Origin: Dipteris shenzhenensis | Lineage: Eukaryota | Reading direction: 5' to 3' (one strand) | DNA length: 64,000 bases | Assembly (NCBI GenBank): GCA_047967505.1 | Contig: CM106538.1 | Shown here: positions 10,624 to 23,400 of the stretch, one piece after another | Layout: each line of letters starts with the position of its first letter | How positions within the stretch are numbered: position 1 is the first letter of the stretch | The notes under the pieces: model-generated | The model's database searches: none | The model's input: only the letters and a program-made list of their open reading frames with translations | What the model was told of the DNA's origin: nothing | Position numbers and translations under genes: made by a program

Positions 10624-12970
10624 CCTCACTGATCGTCAGACCATAGCCTTCCACTTAGAGCTGCTCATCGCTAGTCGCTATTGATCATTCTTGATCGTCG
10701 CTAATGGAAGCGAAAGCTAAGAAATCTTGATTTAGCTGGTGTATAGGGGCAAGGCAGGTACTTCTCACTCAGACTTTCCGCTCAGAACCCATCCAGACTT
10801 CCAATCAGAGCCTCTGCTCAAACTTCCGCTCAGACCCTTCGCTTAGACCTTTGCTCAAACCCCAGCAGTAGTCTCCACCCTTCCCACACATCCCTCTGCT
10901 CAGCCCCTAGCGGGAGTCTCCTCCCCTCGCAAAGCAATTCCTTGCAGTAGTCCCTCGCTTGATCTCTCCCACCCCGAGTTGGGCTGAACCCCCCAGCCCA
11001 ACCCCATGGATTAGCTTCAACTAGGGGCTGTGATCAGAACCATGGCCAATATGGAGCAGATATGCCCTCGAAATCTCCTAGAGCTTTGTCTCCAGCAAAG
11101 ACAACCCTATACTCTGCAGTTGCTGCCTGAACACTCTCTCCAATATGGAGCAGATATGCCCTAAAAATCTCCTAAAGCCTGGTCTCCTGCAAAGACAACC
11201 CTATACTCTGCAGTTGCTACCTCAAAACCCTCTCCATACGCAATGACATACCAATGGGGGGCCTTTAACCAGCCTTTAATTGGCCCTCGGGCAGATTTTC
11301 TATCTACAGCAAGTAGTTCGAGAGCTAAGGTTATAGATGGCAGCTCTGGCAACCCGAATCCAGGACACTGAAGGCCCAAGAAGCCCAGGAAATGATCGAA
11401 GAGGTAGATACAACGGCAAATAAAACTGACATTCAGGCTGAGATTAAGGAGCACCAAGCCACAAGCAGCAATGCACTGAAGATCATGATAGATGGGTGCC
11501 TTCCTAAAGGCTGGTTCAACAAGGAGGATACAATACGATGAGACTCTAGAGCACATCAAAGTAGCGACCCCTAGCATTGAATGGCCGGAAGAAGACGAAG
11601 ATGGGACCAATTCCACAACTAAGATTCTCCACTCTGTGTTAAGCCAGGCAATCTCCAATTCTCCAGGACAAGATAAACAGGTACAAACACCACTGGTGCC
11701 TCTCCAAATCCTGTCAAAGAAACCCTGAATCGGAGGCAAAATCCACAACCAAAGAACTGTCAAAAGCCCCGGTTCAGAGGTTAAACAAAATAAAAAATTA
11801 TTAAAAAAGTTTTTTTTCTGGCCTGACCAGATCTGGCCGACCAGATTGACCTGGTCGGTCAAATTTGACCAGGTCGGTCAACCTGTTGGTTGACCGACTT
11901 AAAGCCCCTTCCTATTTAAAAGGGGGGGGGGCTAGGTATTCAAAATATTCTCTCTTCCAGCTCCAGAGGTTCCTGCACACCTTGAGCCACTTCTGCCTCC
12001 TGGCTGCCTCCTCTGCTGCCTCAACTTCTGCCTCCTGGCTGCCTCCTCTGCTGCCTCAACTTCTGCCTCCTGGCTGCCTCCTCTGCTGTCCTCCTTTCTG
12101 CTCCAGATTTGCCCTCTTTTCTGCCCCAGATCTGCCCCTCCTTTCTGCTCCAGATCTGTCCTCCTTTCTGCTCCAGTTCTGTCCCCCTTTCAGCTCCAGA
12201 TCTGCCCTCTTTTCTGCTCCAAAACAGCCTTCCTTTCTGCTTCAGTTCTGCCCTCCTTTCTGCATCAGATTTCTGCCCCAGATCTGCCTTCTTTTAGCTT
12301 CAGATCTGTCCCAACTTCTGCTCCAAGATCTGCCCTCAACTTCTGCTCCAGATCTACCTCCAACTTCCGCTCCAGATTATGTTCTTTCTATTCCAAATCT
12401 GCAGCAACCCCTGCATCAGTTTGCTGTCTCAGATTTGGTTCAGTTCCAACTTGTGGAGCTAGTGCAGAAGTCCACTACAGTTGTCAGGACTGACGTTTGT
12501 TTCCTCCAGAGCTTCTCTCATATCTTCACTTGTACTGAGTTCCGTTTGTGATATATATATCTTCTTCAGCCATTGATTGTCTTCAGTATTGTTTTATTTG
12601 TCTCCAAGTATTTTCTTTATACTCTGGAGGGCATGCCATAATTACACTTAGCAGGACATACGAATCAAGCTTCTTCGAAGAGACCAAGATATGGACAGCC
12701 AAAGAACTCACACAAGCTCAACTGAACCAAAAGACAGCGGAATTAGCCAAGGTCAAGGCTGCTAGGAAGGATGGAAAATGGGTAGTATATCAAGAGGGGG
12801 TGGCCCTCATCAAGGAGTTTAAATCCAAAAGACCGTCAGTCTTAAACTGATGTATGAACGTTTATTGTCTTATTTTCAGGTATCTTATAAAATTTTATGC
12901 ACTCCTTGGCACCTGCCTTGTGCCCTCCCTGAAAGGATGTATTAGCTGCTCTCTCTCTCTCTCTCTCTCC
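10621..12970 (+). mobile_element. ORF1-only non-LTR element, copy A (decayed; interrupted by a solo LTR)
   Basis: Fragments NKTDIQAEIKEHQATSSNALKIMIDG..LPKGW, KVATPSIEW, GGHAIITL, RIKLL and TKIWTAKELTQAQL..KVKAARKDGKWVVYQEGVALIKEFKSK align with the 51864-52439 protein; stem-loop and (CT)n tail follow. Confidence 0.75.
11637..12621 (+). mobile_element. Solo LTR (985 bp) with internal ~18-bp tandem repeats
   Basis: TG...TA termini (CA mutated to TA); perfect 5-bp TSD CTCTG at 11632-11636 and 12622-12626. Removing it restores the host frame KILHS|GGHAIITL. Confidence 0.8.
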
Positions 12971-13239
12971 CCCCTTCAGAAAATTTTTCTTCTTCAATTT
13001 GCTGATCAAGGCTCTTTCCCTCCTTCTTTCACTTTCCCTCTTAAACATGGGACCCTTCGTACAAATATGTTTGCTTCCTTAGGTCTTAATCTTGAAAGAA
13101 AGATTCCCTTTTAACGTCAGGCAGGCATCAATGATTCCTCTACCTGCATCAAGTGACCTGCATACAACCTGACATTTAAGACAGCATCGTGTCCTTCAAG
13201 TTGCATCAGCACGGGTATATGAAAGTTGACTGGAGATAC

Positions 13240-13302
13240 CTTTTCTTTGAGGGCGCCTGTGTTTGATCATCTGCATTCTTTCTAGAAAAGCTGTTATCGA
13301 CG
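13240..13302 (-). CDS. IVc bHLH exon 2
   Basis: cag/gt boundaries; 63 bp, phase 2-2, encoding (S)VDNSFSRKNADDQTQAPSKK(R), like the short exon 2 of ILR3-type genes. Confidence 0.85.
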
Positions 13303-13544
13303 CTGCAGCAGCAAATACCAGTGTCAAGTCATCACTACAAGTGGTAAAGTACCCTCGGTAACTCTATCAATGACCTGATAACGTCACACAATGCTGAAGC
13401 CCAGACTTAACCCCCATTTCCTTGCCAAATGAAGTTTGTCCAAACAGACACCGGTTGCAAAATTACGACTCTTAGCCTACAGAAGACAATCTAGCTCTGG
13501 CCTGTGGGCGAATTGAGAGAAACAGGGATAATATATATCAAAAC

Positions 13545-13657
13545 CTTGGGTCCGCCTGTTCATTCAACCCGCACCAAAGGAACGGATTGGGCTGCAATGA
13601 ATCATCCAATAAATTATCATTCAAAAATGTCATCCACTTGCTTTCAGGGGATGCCAT
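13545..13657 (-). CDS. IVc bHLH exon 1 (start codon)
   Basis: ATG at 13657; MASPESKWMTFLNDNLLDDSLQPNPFLWCGLNEQADP then AG|gt. The five exons total 693 nt = 230 aa + stop, in frame. Confidence 0.88.
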
Positions 13658-13687
13658 CCAGGGGACCAAAAAAAGCCCCTGTTCCGA

Positions 13688-13723
13688 TCAAGTCTTTGTG
13701 TGGCGCACTGTATCAGAGGCCAT
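13688..13723 (-). promoter_or_regulatory. Candidate uORF (MASDTVRHTKT*) in the bHLH 5' leader
   Basis: ATG GCC ... TGA ends 30 nt before the main ATG. The TSS is unknown. Confidence 0.4.
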
Positions 13724-13886
13724 GAAGCTCCTGAGATAGGAACAATTGTAAGAGCGACTGAAGATCTATCGTCGATCAACTACGGTCCAATAGGGGAGGA
13801 GAAGATGCTGTTTAAGATTGCAGGAGCGTACACTTTAATAAATCTTAGAATATGTTGATTGGAAGTAATGATGGGTACCTTGTGTG

Positions 13887-13892
13887 CACGTG
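13887..13892. promoter_or_regulatory. G-box CACGTG in the bHLH proximal upstream region
   Basis: Exact CACGTG about 230 bp upstream of the ATG. Function is inferred only. Confidence 0.35.
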
Positions 13893-16799
13893 GACTGATG
13901 TGCACTGCTGTGATAGACCCGCCCTTTCCTAAGCGTCATTGCACATGCGATAAAAAATGCGTGGCCGGTGCGACTCTCAAGCCCCAAAAGATTTTTTTTG
14001 TGTGAACTGAAATGGCTATGCATTTATTGACGGACCATCCAACTTTTAGGAGGACATCTCTGTGAGCTCATGGAGCCCTGTGAGTCTCTGTGAGCTGCGG
14101 AGTGCTGTAGAGTGCTACAAAAGAGCCACACGGCGAATGAGGATTGGCTCGAGTAATAGTTGCGCACAAATGCTCACATCAGCAACCTCCAGAATGGAGG
14201 TGCCAATATGAGCATTAATGGCACTCCAAGTTTACCTCGGGAGACGTGCGAGCCTGAAACCAAAAGGTAAAACTCTTCCACACAAATTCACCACTTAATC
14301 AATTGGAGAAGAAGAACACAAATCACACCATGAAAGCGACAGCAGACTAGGTACAATCTCCCCCCCTAGATGAGTGGCTCACACTTCCTCATCTAGAGTA
14401 TTTATGATATTTCATAAAAGCACCAAGGAGCCAAACTTATCCCTCTCTTCCAAAATGAGGGATTTGCTTTACATAGCCATCTTTGGGCCTAAAATTGAAT
14501 TATGTCCACTCCAAAATATATTGCTCAAAATTGCAATAATAAAGAAATACAAAATTGGCCCATGGCCATAAATAATGCGTTGTGCGATACCTCGATCAGT
14601 ACCCTCGCACTAACTCCAATCCTCGCTATGAGTTCCATCACCTGTACTCAAGCCGCCAATTACATTAGTTATTAACAATCGATTGAACGAATCACCGAAT
14701 CAACCGATCCCAACATAACTGCGCTCAAAGCACAATAATCAAGCACAACACCAACAACACTAGCGACATCAATATTAACATGGAATCACCCACAATACTG
14801 ACCATCTAGCATGGCAAAAACACAAGCTAGTCAGGCGTCCCCAACTAACCATGCAAAGTATCCACTAGGACCCCCGCCGCGTCCGATGCGCTCCTATGGA
14901 GTACTTTGCCATAGTCACACTTGACTAAAATAATAATATCCTAAGCAAGATATAATTTCCGTAATAGAGCCTCCAAAATGAGCCTCCAATCGTGTATTAT
15001 TTGAGTCTTGTGCACTGAGCCTAACTTTGGTGTTGTGATAGACCTGCCCGTTGCTGCCACATAACATGATTGTACCTAGTTTCTAACCTGGAAGCAGTGA
15101 CTCGTGTGCATTGCATGTTCTTGTGTCACCACCACATCTTCTCCAGAATTTCTCATAGGCTTCTATCAAGAATTCAAAAGTGGGTGGGAGTGGTAGGTAT
15201 GGGGTGGGAGCGTGTTGGGCAAGGCTTGTGGGGGGAGGCTAGAGAGGGTGCCATGTGGCAAGGCCTTCACATAATTATCTTTGGTTTTTTTTAACCTCAT
15301 TTTGGGGAGGTGACACTTGTAGAGAGAGAGCATTGAGTTCTAGAGAGAGAACAACGTTGATTATATATGGTATAGAAATCAAGCTTATAGATAAGGGCCT
15401 TTTCCCACCTATTTTTTTGTTATGTTAGTAAACACAACTATTTACATTATTTTAAAGCTACTACTAATAACAACACAATGCCATTCCCATTGGTATCCAT
15501 TATGTTATGCAAAAAGTTGTCTCTATAAGGAATTTTGGATCTTTTTTTTGCATAAAATGGTATATCTTTACGTTTTGGTGTCCATTCTATTATAATTACA
15601 ATTGCTTCTTCTTTTCAAGGGCTTTCAAACAAGTACCCATCTTTATAGTTGTTACTTGGTCTCAACCTTCAAAAATACCTAACAACAATCTTAATTAAAG
15701 TAACATTCCCACAATGTTAAACCCTTATTTTCTATATTTCAACTTGTTTCCCTTCACAAAACCTCTTTAATATGGGTGCTTAAGATTCCACCATTAAGAG
15801 ATTTAATATATTTAGACCCCCTTGAATCCCAATGGGAATGCACACTTTCGTTAAAGTCCTTAAACTAGTAGGCCCTGTGTTTTTTTTATGGAATGGAATT
15901 TTCATTTCCTTGTGTTATATTGTTAGCTTAGCACCATGGTGAATCCCAAGAAGATGATGTGCTAATACTCATTTAACTAAGTGTCACTCCTTGCTATAAT
16001 AACTTTAGGGTAGAACACAGTTCAGATTTAGGCAAGTTATGTCATTTTATAGGCAATGGTATGTCCCCATTGGACTTTCTCAAGGCTCTCCATGGCGTAG
16101 GAAAAGTCCTTGACATGCAAGATAGGACGTGCGGTATAAAAATTTCAATGATGTATTACAATTGTAAGCTATTTTGCAAGACTATTACCAAAAGTAGTAT
16201 CAATATCTATTTTACTCGCTTGTTATGTGAAGACAAATGCAAATTGGCAGTTAATGAATTGTCTTGTGGATGACTGATAAGCAAGAAGAAAGAAGACTAA
16301 AATACATTGTTGTGGTTGAGTAGCGATGGATCCAAAACTTGATGTGGATTCTTTGATGCTCATTCTATCATGCATGTAGTCAACACGGAGTTGGAGATCC
16401 AACATGAGTAAGCCATGGACCTAGGCACTACATAGACCCAAAGGCAAGAAAAGGCCTAAGAGGATTTGGCCAAAGGTGAAGTGTCCCCATGAGTCCTTGC
16501 ACGGTCATCTAGTGATGTGTTCACTCAAGATTTAAGCTCATCAAATACATGTGAGACCATGAATAACCATTGGGAAAAGGCTCCAAAGGTGCCAAAAAGA
16601 CCAAACCCCTTCTACCCTCTCGAGAGTAGAACTGGGCCAATGGTCCAGTCGTTGCCCAAGTAGCCCACTATCCTGATCCTCGATCTAGTCACATGCCTCA
16701 TCAACCCCAAGGTCTCTTGCAGACTTGGGCTAATGAAGGCACCATGTTGTATACTATGCATCAATCGGAGCCGAGGGATTGCTATAGAAACTAAATCCT

Positions 16800-17935
16800 G
16801 AGGGGCATCCCGATCCTAGAAGCTATGTACCAATGACGAGGGTCTGAAACACTGTAGGTTATTGCCCTTTGATGTGCAAGTGAGGATGCCCTTGTATTTG
16901 ATGTCCACTTAGGAGGCAAGTTATCCAAATTTGCAAATGACATTTTGCTAGAGTTTCCGTTTTAGCTCGTGAGGACCTTAGCTTTGGTGGAACATGGTTC
17001 AGACTCACAGTGGTACTTTGATCCTAACCCACTTCTTATTGCCCTAGGTTCATGGAGAGTGTCGCTCTATGGAGGTATCCCCTTGAAATCCTTACAGTGG
17101 GACCCTGGGGAGTGGGAGTGGATTGATGAGGAGCATTGAGAGAAAAGCCTCCCCTTCTTTCATTACACTATCATCAGTAATGCTAGGAGATTCTAGCTAA
17201 GTTGCTGTAGAGGTTGGAGGCCTTCCAGATATCTCTTGATTTGCAAAGGAATTTATGAAGAGACTTTGGAAAGCCCTTAGGAATAGTAAAATCACTCATT
17301 TCTTTTGGCTTTCTATTCATGGAGGGATTGCAATAAACCTGTGGAGATCCAAATTTGGGGCAAATTCTACTTGTCCATCCAGCATTGCTTATGGGATTGT
17401 AGACAGGTGAGGGTAGTTTGGAACGGGATTGCTAGGATTTTCAGTACGTTAATACCCTCTCCATTCTTCATGACTTGGGGCTTAGTTGCTTGGCTCACTC
17501 TCACAGGGCCTCAAGTGTTCTATGAGAGGCATGACTCTTCATGTGCTTTGTCGATTCGATGACAAATAGTTAGTCATGCTCTTTGGATATTGTTCCTGCC
17601 TCAACTTTCAGAGCTGTGCATTCTTTTGTGAATTCTTCCTGAGAGATACTAGCTAGCATTTCAGCATGGCACATTTGGAAAGCCAAATGCACAGAGGTCT
17701 CAAATTCTTCCTACTCACACTTTGGCTAGCATTTGGATGGATACTATTCATACTCTGATGGCCATTTGGGGTACCATGCAGAGTTCTTCTGGGGTAGCCA
17801 ATGCTAGGAGGACTATCTTTCTTAAAGAATGGAGGGGTTCTCCCTTCTCCTCTAAATTTTATTTAGGGTTGGGGTGGCATTTTCAGCCTCCACCATGGCT
17901 TTTTTCTCTGTTTGCAAAACCGTGTATGAGTCAAT
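16800..17935 (+). mobile_element. L1-clade LINE ORF2 C-terminal remnant
   Basis: Decayed zf-RVT-like region (FWLSIHGGIA..NLWRS..QHCLWDC), homologous to 45840-46420 and 58200-59300. Confidence 0.7.
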
Positions 17936-20060
17936 GAGCTGTGAAATACTCTCCCTGCTATGCTTAGATCCATGATGGCATCATGATCTATTTGCAAGAC
18001 TTTGTATGAGAAAATGAGCTGTGAAATACTCTCCCTGCTATGCTTAGGTCCATGAGTAGTGAAGAAATGTTTATTGACTCTACCGCCCATCTGAGTCCAA
18101 ATGACCCATGTGCATGAAAGGCATACACATCTCTCAGATCCAACAAAGTTTGTTGATAAGCCCTTGCTATAACAAAGTGCTCCTGTATCCAAGCATCAAT
18201 AGGTCATTTTTGCTCTTCTCTCTATATACAAGCCAATTGCTAGAGAACACCTATCTCCCTCCTGAGAATCTCATGTCTTCTAGTACTAGCGATCAAATGA
18301 TAGAACACACTAATGGCAGACAAGGACGTAGCCACATCTGAGGGGGAGGGCACTCCACCTTGCATATGAGATACCCAAATATGCAAAGCTACCTCTATGA
18401 GGTTCTCCTTTGCATAAAAGGCATGTAGAATCCAGATACTGGCAGAGAATCCTCCTAAATGAGGCTCCAAAATCATCAAGATGACAAGAAAGTGATCTGT
18501 AGGTGGAAATCCATGAGAAATGCATACCTATCCACCACTATTTAGAGCTCAATCATCAACATAAAACCTATCAATCTGGGTGGGCATCTGTGGCCTCCTG
18601 TTTGATAACAAAAGTAGGAGTGACTATGACTAAATGTGAACGGCAACATCAATCTAACCTCTACCACCACTGAACTGGAAAAGGAAGGCATCCCAAGGTA
18701 CTCTCTCCAACGACTCGATGCCACCATGCATATCCCCTTTCTTATTAGAAGGCAACTCCACCATGTTAAAGTCACCTCCAAGAATCTGCAATGGGGGCCC
18801 ACCAATCCTTCCAAAGGGGACACGATCCCCTCTATTTTTGGGGGTGTGAAGGTTGAGAAGTACAACCTTACATCCCCCAATGAAAATCAATATCCTTTGA
18901 GATCTATAGAGAGAGATGAGGCCCTGACCAACAACCGTGGGAAAAATAGAATCCAAAACGGAAATGCGTGTACCTCCCCTAGTGCCTAAAGGAGGTGACT
19001 AGAAAGTGTGACCTGAAATCAATTTACGTAACTTTACGCAATCTCTAGCATCCATTTTGTGCTCCTGAACAAAAAAAACATCAATGGAACCACCAGTGAC
19101 ACCTAGATGAAGTTGATTCCAAATCACTTGCTTGCAATAGTGATGTGGCCCTATATCAATCCTCACCGGCATGGGGAATAGCATGGAACACTTGACCTGA
19201 CCTAGTGGCAGAAACAAACCCCTTAATGGGGAAGACCTCTTGCTTGAATGGTGAGGGAGGGAACTAAGTGGAGAAAAATCAATGGGTGAAAGAACTCATC
19301 CACCTGAGCATGAGGCAACTCGGTCAAACTGAATACCAATCAATGGCTTGCCAAAGGTAGAAGACACAAAATCTTCCTTAAGAAAGTTTGAGAGATTAGC
19401 CAGGACCAAAAAGGAGTTCCTATGAATCAAGCCTGGCAAAGGGGTACATAGAATCCATGTAGATGAAGCTGGAGAGGTGGACGGTACTACCCCTTTCTAC
19501 CATCTATGAGGGGGAAGTAGATGAAACATGGGGTTGCTCGGAGGTGCCATGACTCTAAAAACCTACAGTGGCTCCTGTGAATCATCAACAAGAACCTCAA
19601 GGTGAGGAGCTTCCATTTTGGTCAAGAGAGGGGACTAAAATGGGAGAAGCCTCTTGAACTGCACAAGAAGACGCAAGGATCATCAACGATGACCCTAACT
19701 CCAACTACCCGGCTTGACTGGATTGCCTTTGCTCTATAGAAGAAGGGAAACCCAAGGAAGGGACAATTCCGAATCGCTCTCCAATCAATGGAAGTAGGCA
19801 ATGATAAACCTGAGGAAGTCCGAGGAACTTGATGAAGAGGAGGTGCTATCCAATGTGAAAAAAGCCCAAAAAATCTTCCTATAGCCTAATTATAGAGGGT
19901 GGCTTTGAGCAAAAGTGCTCACAGCCTCTGACGAATCAAAAACTACTTAGAAAAAATCTCGTCCCAACAAGCAACATCTTTAAGGGGTGCTGAGAGGGGA
20001 GGGGGCTGAGGGCTAGGCTAAGAGGAAAGCTACGGTAGGGGGCAATAGGGAAAGAGGTAG
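17936..20060 (-). mobile_element. L1-clade LINE remnant (ORF1 end, endonuclease, linker)
   Basis: Minus-strand motifs DVFFVQEHK, ILGGDFNMVE and NKHFF; boundaries approximate. Confidence 0.7.
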
Positions 20061-20425
20061 GGAGGAGGAACATCTCTTCAATTAAGTAATTTTTTCTCAA
20101 ACTCTGGATGCCATATGAGTAGCTACCGCTCTCGTACTCCTCTTGGGCAATTATATAAACATTGCCAAACCCCATGGAGGCTCCTCATCAAAGCGGAGCC
20201 CTTTTGTGTGAGGGGAGCCTCTAAAAAAATTCCACCTATGGGATTGTTGCCAATGACATCTTATATAGGGGGTGTTCCTGAGAAGACCACAATGAGGTAA
20301 GAGCTTCAGCCTACAGTGAGTCTATGTAGCACCAACTCCCCAAAGGGCTTACTCTGCATTTCGAGATCAATGATGCCAAGCCCTCCTTGTGCCTAGGGCA
20401 AGATCACCATTTGCTAGACAATCCA

Positions 20426-23400
20426 TGTTGGGGTAAAGGCCAATGGCCTAGTATATACCCCTTTGTACCATACATACATAATAAGAGCTTACCTTGATCT
20501 GGGTGAGTTAGCAGCCACAATTTCGATGTTCTCCCTTTCTTTGTTGCTCTCTAATAAGACCTCCTCTCCATCAACTAGTATCAGAGCTTGGTTGAGCGAA
20601 GCCAACAAGGAGATTCTAGCATTGCGGTGTTGCTGTGCCAAGAGCCCGAACTTGTTACGTGGAGTCTCCTACTACCCGTGGGCTGCCCCTGGGAGCTATA
20701 TTTTGACATATACTAGCTCGTTTTTAATGTTTCAGCCATATGTATCAGGTTGCCTCGATTGTTCCAGCAATCTATTGCCTTGTTTGAGTAGGGGAGAAGG
20801 AATATTATCCATCTATGGTCAAAAACGACCTGCTGCTCTGCAATTTCAGCCATTGAAAGTTGCTTTTTTGGGGCCCGAAAGCAAAAACATCTTTTGCCTG
20901 AAGAGAAATCTACAGTCAATATAGAGGAAGTGAATGCCATAAGTAACAATAGTGATGAGGGTGACATTCTTTATGCCTCTATGTTTGAGCATGCTTTTCT
21001 TGTAACTAGTGATGATGCATTGTCACAGAATTGGATACTAGACTCAGGAGCATCTTTCCATGTCACTCCACATAGGGAGTGGTTTACCATTTATGATGCA
21101 GGAAGGAAAGGAACCGTGAGACTTGGAAATGATTATCCATGTGACATTGTTGGAGTGGGAGATATCCAATTGTCTCTTCCTAATGGTTCTACATTTATAC
21201 TCAAGAATGTTAGGCATGTTCCAAATCTGAAAAGGAGCTTGATAAGTACGGGACAGCTTGATGATGATGGCTATCATGTGGTTTTTGGCAATAATACATG
21301 GAAAGTTAGCAATGTGACCGAGCAGCCATCCGTCTCTTTGTGGCATCATCAACTGCCATGTATGCAGCACACTTCCGGGGATGTGATCTATCGATGGCAA
21401 CTGGAGGAGATTTGAGCGGCTACATGTGACTATGGAGTTTAGGATGATTCAGAGTAAGCCCTCAGTTCCACATGAGAAAGTACATGCAGAGTTCGCCATG
21501 ACACCACTACAGATTGATGCCATCTTCCAGACAATGACATTCATTCATATAGTCTGGGAATTACCCCTTTGGAGACTACCGAGGTCGGCCCTGGAGTCTC
21601 ATCCAGATGACTAGCTGAAAGCGGAGTGGACACATGGTATGCACGCATATCCACATGGTTTGCCAGCCATGGGTTTTAGATGGACAGGCTTCCCTCCTTC
21701 CAGTTCAGCATGGATGCACCTCGTGAGTCGATCCCACGAGATGAGATTAATCGTGCTTGCGCACTGATAATGGAGGAGAGTATACCTCTCATGCATTTAA
21801 GAATTTTTGTGAGCTACGTGACTCCTGAGAATCCTTCTCAGAATGGGGTTGCTAAGAAGATGAATAGAACCATTCAAGAAAGGAATATAAGCATGCTTTC
21901 TAATGCCGGTCTACCTCATGGCTTTTGGGCTGAGTCTATCAAGACAGCAGTACATCTTATCGATAGATCGCCTAGCAAGGTACTAGATGGGAAAGTGCTA
22001 GAAGAGGTTTGGTCAGGCAAGCCACCATCTTATGGGCATCTTCATGTCTTTGGCTGTGAAGCTCATGTTCATATCCCTAAGGAAAAATGCAACAAGCTTC
22101 ATCCAAAGTCAAGGAAGTGCATTTTTCTTGGATATGGTGATTCAGGTGAGATGGGATACCGATTGTGGGATCCAGAGGCCAGGAAGATAGTACACAGCCA
22201 TGATATTATCTTTAATGAGGACAAGATGCACAAGAAGCCAAAAAAGACTGTTGAGATACATAGAGTGGTGTTTCAAGAGGATGTTTCAAGAGGATGGACA
22301 ACCACCATATGAGAGGCATGCACAACCTGTTCCACATGATGTAGGGCATGGACAACCCATAGATTGTGAGGTGGAGAGCCACATCTAGGTGGACAACCTC
22401 AGGTTATGCAGGAAAATCAGTTGGGACAGCAAGATGCTCATGGTGAGCAAGTGTTGAGACGTTCCACTACAAAGGGAGGAGGGTGCGAGATCGAAGGGAG
22501 AGGACCCTGCCAAGCATAACGCTTCCCCGTCAGCGCCGTTGAAAACGGTGGGTCCCTCCATCGCATCGGGCAACCATACGTGGAGTGGGGATTGCGTAAA
22601 CTTAGATACCAGACCCAAAAATGGTGGAGAAGCACATGTATTAGCAAGGGAAGAGCCGGTGCTGTTGCTATCAATCAACTCACTAGAATCTCACGACCTC
22701 CACAGAGATATGCTCCATCTCTAGATTATGTCATGTTGACAGATTGTGGTGAGCCTTCATGCTTTGAGGATGCTATGTCTAGGAATGAAAAGCATAAGTG
22801 GGAGAAGGCTATGCAGTCAGAGATGGATTCTTTGACGAAGAATGCTACTTGGGATTTGGTTTATTTGCCCAAAGGAAAGCATGCATTGCCATGCAAATGG
22901 GTTTACAAGTTGAAGATGTCTCCAGCAGATGCATTGCCTAAGTATAAGGCAAGGTTGGTAGCCAAGGGTTTTAAGCAAGAGAAGGGTATCGACTTTGATG
23001 AGATCTTTTCCCTAGTGGTGAAGATGACTACCCTTCGTACAGTGCTTGCATTAGTTGCCAAAGAGGACATGGAGCTTGTCCAAATGGATGTAAAAACAGC
23101 TTTTCTACATGGAGATCTTCATGAGAACATCTATATGCACCAGCTAGAGGGGTTTGTTGTGCAAGGCAAAGAATGGATGGTATGCAAGCTTCAGAAAAGC
23201 CTTTATGGGTTAAAGCAGGCTCCTAGGGAGTGGTACCATAAGTTTGATGCATCTATGTGATCCCAAGGGTACACACGAAGTGAGATAGGTCATTGCCTCT
23301 ACACAAAGAAGGCATCAAAAGGTAGCCTTCTTATTTTGATTTTATATGTTGATGACATGCTTATTGCTGGGAAATCTACTTTGGATGTGGATGCCTTGAA

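Noticed and set aside
11865-12551. 228-aa ORF and CRISPR-like repeat array
   Set aside because: Low-complexity tandem repeats inside a solo LTR; no unique spacers, no cas genes, eukaryotic context.
17930-18060. Twin-priming 5' inversion of a single L1
   Set aside because: The two L1 pieces converge rather than showing the inverted-5'/forward-3' layout; two fragments with a short local duplication is the simpler reading.
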